A stretch of 41,950 bases of DNA from Octopus bimaculoides. Lineage: Eukaryota. Under the pieces are notes generated by a model. The model saw only the letters and a program-made list of their open reading frames with translations. It was not told the DNA's origin and searched no databases. Shown in pieces: positions 37,004 through 41,950 of the stretch. A program made the position numbers and the translations under genes. How positions within the stretch are numbered: the stretch's first letter is position 1; every line of letters starts with the position of its first letter. The stretch is from the NCBI RefSeq assembly GCF_001194135.2, contig NC_069002.1, positions 27,002,885 through 27,044,834 on the forward strand, given 5' to 3'.

Positions 37004-37134
37004 AACAACACATAAATATACTCCGTTGATATACTATCTGCCCGATCCAGGAATTGAACTCACAATCTCACGATCGTAAGAACAACACATAAATATACTC
37101 CGTTGATATACTATCTGCCCGATCCAGGAATTGA
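36963..37134. repeat. 77-bp perfect tandem repeat (2.2 copies) running into an N gap
   Basis: gcccgatccaggaattga at 36963, 37040 and 37117. Confidence 0.85.
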
Positions 37135-37705
37135 NNNNNNNNNNNNNNNNNNNNNNNNNNNNNNNNNNNNNNNNNNNNNNNNNNNNNNNNNNNNNNNNNN
37201 NNNNNNNNNNNNNNNNNNNNNNNNNNNNNNNNNNNNNNNNNNNNNNNNNNNNNNNNNNNNNNNNNNNNNNNNNNNNNNNNNNNNNNNNNNNNNNNNNNNN
37301 NNNNNNNNNNNNNNNNNNNNNNNNNNNNNNNNNNNNNNNNNNNNNNNNNNNNNNNNNNNNNNNNNNNNNNNNNNNNNNNNNNNNNNNNNNNNNNNNNNNN
37401 NNNNNNNNNNNNNNNNNNNNNNNNNNNNNNNNNNNNNNNNNNNNNNNNNNNNNNNNNNNNNNNNNNNNNNNNNNNNNNNNNNNNNNNNNNNNNNNNNNNN
37501 NNNNNNNNNNNNNNNNNNNNNNNNNNNNNNNNNNNNNNNNNNNNNNNNNNNNNNNNNNNNNNNNNNNNNNNNNNNNNNNNNNNNNNNNNNNNNNNNNNNN
37601 NNNNNNNNNNNNNNNNNNNNNNNNNNNNNNNNNNNNNNNNNNNNNNNNNNNNNNNNNNNNNNNNNNNNNNNNNNNNTGTGTGTGTGTGTGTGTGTGTGTG
37701 TATAC

Positions 37706-38205
37706 TTTTCTACTCTAGGCACAAGGCCCAAAATTTTTGGGGAGGGGGGGGCTATTCGATTAGATCAACTCCAGTACGCAACTGGTACTTAATTTATCGA
37801 TGCCGAAAGGATGAAAGGCAAAGTCTACTTCAGCAGAATTTGAACTGATATGTATATATTATATAAGATATACTATATTAAGCTTTCGCAAGAGATTCTA
37901 AATACAAAACAAGGAATTCTTTAAACGTTTTTTTTTTTTTGCCATATTTCTGTTGAAATACACTGCCATTGTTTCAATTTATTTAAAAAATAATGAAGAA
38001 TTTAGGCCGATAATTTTGAGGGGAGGGTATTAGTCTATTACATCGACCCCAGTGTTTGACAGAGACTTTATTTTATCAACTCCGGGAAGATGGATAGCAA
38101 AGTTGACCTCAGAGGGATTTGAACTCAGAACGAAATGAACCAGAAGAAATAACACAGAGCAACATTTTTTGGCAATGTGCTAACAATTTTGCCAAACCAC
38201 TGCCC
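37706..38205 (-). mobile_element. Two further SINE family A copies (about 37706-37846 and 38005-38205)
   Basis: ctactctaggcacaaggccc...gaaaggatgaaaggcaaagtc and catcgaccccagtgtt...gaactcagaa. Confidence 0.7.
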
Positions 38206-38863
38206 TACAGTAACCTAGAAATAATTAAGAGTTCAATAACTAATTAACAGAACTTAGATTACATTTGATTTTAGTTACAATAATTGCAAGTAACTGATTT
38301 GAACGGTATGATCTTGAACATGAGGAATGATAATAACTATTATATTACCAAAATTCCTTAAAAGGCCACTGATTAGTACACATTCTAAATATATAAAATA
38401 CAAGTATCATTCACACACACACGCACACACATATATATATACACACACGCACATACACATTTCACTTCCCCACCCCACCACTTGTTAGCTTCCAATATCA
38501 GGTATACACCTCTGCAAGTCTGGATCACAGCTACGAAACTAGAAAGAGATTTTGGCATTGTGCCCAGCAATATACAAAGACCAAATTTGATTCAATACAG
38601 TTCTTCAGTGAAAAGACATTCTCCTGTGAGAAGTACAACCTTCTCTAAAAGGTTACCCTCAGTTACATAACATGTTTGTCTGTTATGTATATTACATATA
38701 ATGTTATAGTTACCATACACTGCACAGCAGTACAACTTCCATGCATTAAGAAAAACAGTATTGTGGCCATCCATACATACAAGCATGTCCTTTATGGCCA
38801 TGCCTCCACTCCCTCTCCCAACCAAAAGGTCTTTGTCTTGCAGGGGCCAGTACCACGCAAAGA

Positions 38864-39260
38864 GCACTGATGCCAGTGCCACATAGGGTACACTCATGCC
38901 AGTTCCACATACACTGCACTCATGCGAGTGCCACATGGAGTCCACTCATACTGGTACCACATTAAATGCACTTGTGTCAGTTCCACGTAAAGTGCACTTG
39001 TGTTGGTGCCATGTAATGTGCACTGGTGCCAGTACCATGCACAGTGCACTTGTACCAGTGTCATGTAAGGCGCAGTCATGTCGGTGCAATGTAAAGTGCA
39101 CTCGAGCTAGTGTCACATAGAATGCACTCGAGCTAGTGTCACATAGAATGCACTCATGCCAGTACCACATTCAGCGCACTTTTGCCAGTGTCATCTAAAA
39201 TGCACTTGTGCTGGTGCCACACAAAATACATCCATGTGAGTGCCATGTACGGTGCACTCA
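38864..39260. repeat. 26-bp minisatellite, 15 full units, consensus approximately GCACT(C/T)(A/G)TGCCAGTGCCACATA(A/G)AGT
   Basis: Unit starts at 38864+26n through 39254 with no indels; units at 39098 and 39124 are identical. Confidence 0.9.
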
Positions 39261-39261
39261 T

Positions 39262-39540
39262 TAAATAAACTTGACTGCTCTCACAAACGAGAATACTAAA
39301 AATGAACTCAACCACTCTCAAAAATTAAGTAAAAAAACAGGACAAAATAATCCAGAATCCTTGCCAGACCAATCCCCAAATCTAATCAGTTTGTGCCAGT
39401 CACGAGGTCAAACATCCCTCAAAGTTTCATCCATATCCATCCAACGGTTCTTGAGATATCTTGTCCACAGACAAACTGACAAACAAACAAACACAACTGA
39501 AAACAATACCTCCACCTTCACTAAGGCAGAGGTAATAATA
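39262..39540 (+). mobile_element. Probable Helentron/HINE (DINE-1-like) non-autonomous element, 3' part
   Basis: aaagtttcatccatatccatccaacggttcttgagatatc, (CAAA)-type run, then gaaaacaa-tacctccacctt-cact-aaggcagaggta-ataat terminal hairpin (39507-39534). Resembles HINE ends from memory; the 5' end is not defined. Confidence 0.5.
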
Positions 39541-40009
39541 CCATTGCTGCTCCAAAAGCAACATCTGTAATATGATTATTGTAGCAAGAGCTACACCACC
39601 AATGTCACAATGGCAACATAAATAACATTATTGTTGAAACAATAGCAAAACTGATAATACCGGTACTGCAGTAATAGCAAGATGGCTGAATTATTGCTAA
39701 TAATATGATTATTGTATCAATAGCAACTGGGATCAAGCTATTATTTCAAATACAGCAACACTAAATACACCAGTGTTGCAAGAAAAACAGCATCAGCTCA
39801 ACTGTTAGTACAGCAATAGCAACAACAACAATGCCATTGATGTAGCAAAAGGAATACAAGTAACACAATTATTGCAGCAACAGATGGCAACAGAATTTAT
39901 TTATGAGGAGTAGAATAAAAAGAATCAGAGGTTTTAATAATTAACGAAGCATTTTAACGAACTTCTCTTCCTTAACCCCTTTACTATTTAAAAAGTTGCA
40001 CTCCATTGG

Positions 40010-41390
40010 TTTTGATGACGAGGGTTCCAATTGATCCAATCAACGGAACAGACTGCTCATGATATTAACATGCAAGTGGCTGAGCACTCCACAGACATGT
40101 GTACCCTTAACCCTTTGGTTCATAAGACTAACCCGGCCGTAGCCGGCTGAGCGTACCCATTGTTATTTAAATGTATATTTGAACCCAAATCTTGTTAGTA
40201 CATTCATTAAAACACCTGATTTCATTTTGCAAGCAGTTGAGTTATTGTCTCCGACATTGTTTGGCGTGATATTTGATTTTTTTCCACATTTTTTGCGGCG
40301 TTGATTTTTTTCAACTTTGAAGCTGGAGAGGAGTTTCATGCTATCAAGCAGTGATTCCGAATTTGAAGGTTTTTCAACAGAAGATATGGAGATATCGAAG
40401 AAANNNNNNNNNNNNNNNNNNNNNNNNNNNNNNNNNNNNNNNNNNNNNNNNNNNNNNNNNNNNNNNNNNNNNNNNNNNNNNNNNNNNNNNNNNNNNNNNN
40501 NNNNNNNNNNNNNNNNNNNNNNNNNNNNNNNNNNNNNNNNNNNNNNNNNNNNNNNNNNNNNNNNNNNNNNNNNNNNNNNNNNNNNNNNNNNNNNNNNNNN
40601 NNNNNNNNNNNNNNNNNNNNNNNNNNNNNNNNNNNNNNNNNNNNNNNNNNNNNNNNNNNNNNNNNNNNNNNNNNNNNNNNNNNNNNNNNNNNNNNNNNNN
40701 NNNNNNNNNNNNNNNNNNNNNNNNNNNNNNNNNNNNNNNNNNNNNNNNNNNNNNNNNNNNNNNNNNNNNNNNNNNNNNNNNNNNNNNNNNNNNNNNNNNN
40801 NNNNNNNNNNNNNNNNNNNNNNNNNNNNNNNNNNNNNNNNNNNNNNNNNNNNNNNNNNNNNNNNNNNNNNNNNNNNNNNNNNNNNNNNNNNNNNNNNNNN
40901 NNNNNNNNNNNNNGATTCGTGAAGCTGAACCAATATTTACATGTGAGAGACACTAGCAGTACACCCCCCACCCCAGTACGTGGAGAACTTTGAGACAAAA
41001 ATTATGCAATAGAATTGATTAAGAACCCTTTCTTTAATTATGTTCCAAATATCACATTAATATGTTGATAAATAAAAAAGTTACAGGTGTTTTAATGAGA
41101 CTAGTCTAAATTCATGATTATTTTAGAATTTAATTGAAACTCATGAGGGGTGTATTTTGGTCAGAAATATAGTAACGAAAGGGTTAATGTAGTTCTCAGA
41201 GAAATTCAGTGTGACACAGAATGTGACAAGGCTGGCCCTTCAAAATACAGGTATTACTCATTTTTGCCAGAAGAGTGGACTGCAGTGACATAAAATAAAG
41301 TGTCTTGCTCAAGGACATAATGTGTTGCCAGGAATTGAACTCACAAACTTAATGATTGTGAGCCAAATACCCTAACCATGAAACCATGTA
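40010..41390 (-). mobile_element. SINE (V-like head, family B tail) split by the piggyBac-like insertion: 40010-40110 plus 41184-41390
   Basis: The two halves are collinear with 41690-41850 and with 19822-20130. Confidence 0.75.
40111..41183 (+). mobile_element. piggyBac-like non-autonomous DNA transposon with TTAA TSD, inserted in a SINE; contains an N gap
   Basis: TTAA (40107-40110), CCCTTTGGTT ... AACGAAAGGG, TTAA (41184-41187). Flanks rejoin to gtgtacccttaa(c/t)gtagttctc, as in the SINE copy at 13801-13820. Internal acidic relic MLSSSDSEFEGFSTED. Confidence 0.8.
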
Positions 41391-41396
41391 CCTTCA

Positions 41397-41603
41397 CCCT
41401 TTAGCATTTAAACCAGCCATACCCAGTCCAAATATTCTACCTGTTTCATATTAAAACCAGCCAGATCCGATTTCTCACACTTACCCTGCAATGTCATTCT
41501 AATAATAAGCAATCCTATCATTGAAATCTCGATGCTACAAGATAATGCATGATTGATTCAAAATAATGGGAATGAATAAGGATATTATTTGAATGCTGAA
41601 AGG
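41397..41603. mobile_element. MITE of the CCCTTTAGCATT family with degenerate TSD
   Basis: ccctttagcattt ... gaatgctgaaagg, flanked by TTCA/TGAA; collinear with 15965-16184. Confidence 0.75.
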
Positions 41604-41659
41604 TGAATGAATCAATCATCAAAACAGAGAGCAAAATTGCTAGTCTCTCCTACTTTTTT

Positions 41660-41950
41660 TTTTTTTTTGGCACTCCGTCGCTTACGACGTCTAGGGTTCC
41701 AGTTGATCCAATCAACGGAACAGCCTGCTCGTGAAATTAACGTGCAAGTGGCTGAGCACTCCACAGACATGTGTACCCTTATTGTAGTTCTCGGGGGATA
41801 TTCAGCGTGACACAGTGTGACAAGGCTGACCCTTTCAATTACAGGCACAACAGAAACAGGAAGTAAGAGTGAGAGAAAGTTGTGGTGGAAGAGTACAGCA
41901 GGGTTCGTCCCCATCCCCTGCCGGAGCCTTGTGGAGCTTTAGGTGTTTTC
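41660..41950 (-). mobile_element. SINE family B copy running off the window end
   Basis: Reverse complement of the 13540-13925 body. Confidence 0.85.

Noticed and set aside
38864-39260. CRISPR-like regular array
   Set aside because: Contiguous tandem units with no unique spacers, no cas genes, and a eukaryotic context.

Overview
AT-rich, repeat-dense animal genomic DNA from a draft scaffold with 12 N gaps. The repeat families look like those of an octopus or other coleoid cephalopod (inference from recalled repeat types, not verified). The one clear host-gene feature is a 1.3-kb minus-strand coding exon (21716-20382) of the deubiquitinase TRABID/ZRANB1. It encodes three NZF zinc fingers, a Q10-V-Q22 polyglutamine tract and the AnkUBD domain, and ends at a GTAAGT donor just before the OTU domain. 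I did not find the OTU exons in the sequenced part of the window. The rest is intron-like or intergenic. It contains several tRNA-type SINE families (one forms head-to-tail trains in (TAA)n), a restriction-like-endonuclease (R4/Dong-like) LINE 3' fragment, an RTE LINE 3' fragment, at least three TTAA-flanked piggyBac-like non-autonomous families (two inserted into the TTAA of SINEs), a TA-flanked pogo/Tc1-mariner-like MITE, a probable Helentron/HINE-like end, a ~500-bp fold-back palindrome, a 26-bp minisatellite derived from a SINE module, and many microsatellites. I see no convincing wholly new biological system. The best leads are the (TAA)n-targeted SINE trains with a candidate RLE partner, the fold-back element, the polyQ in TRABID, the 26-bp array and the nested transposon structures.
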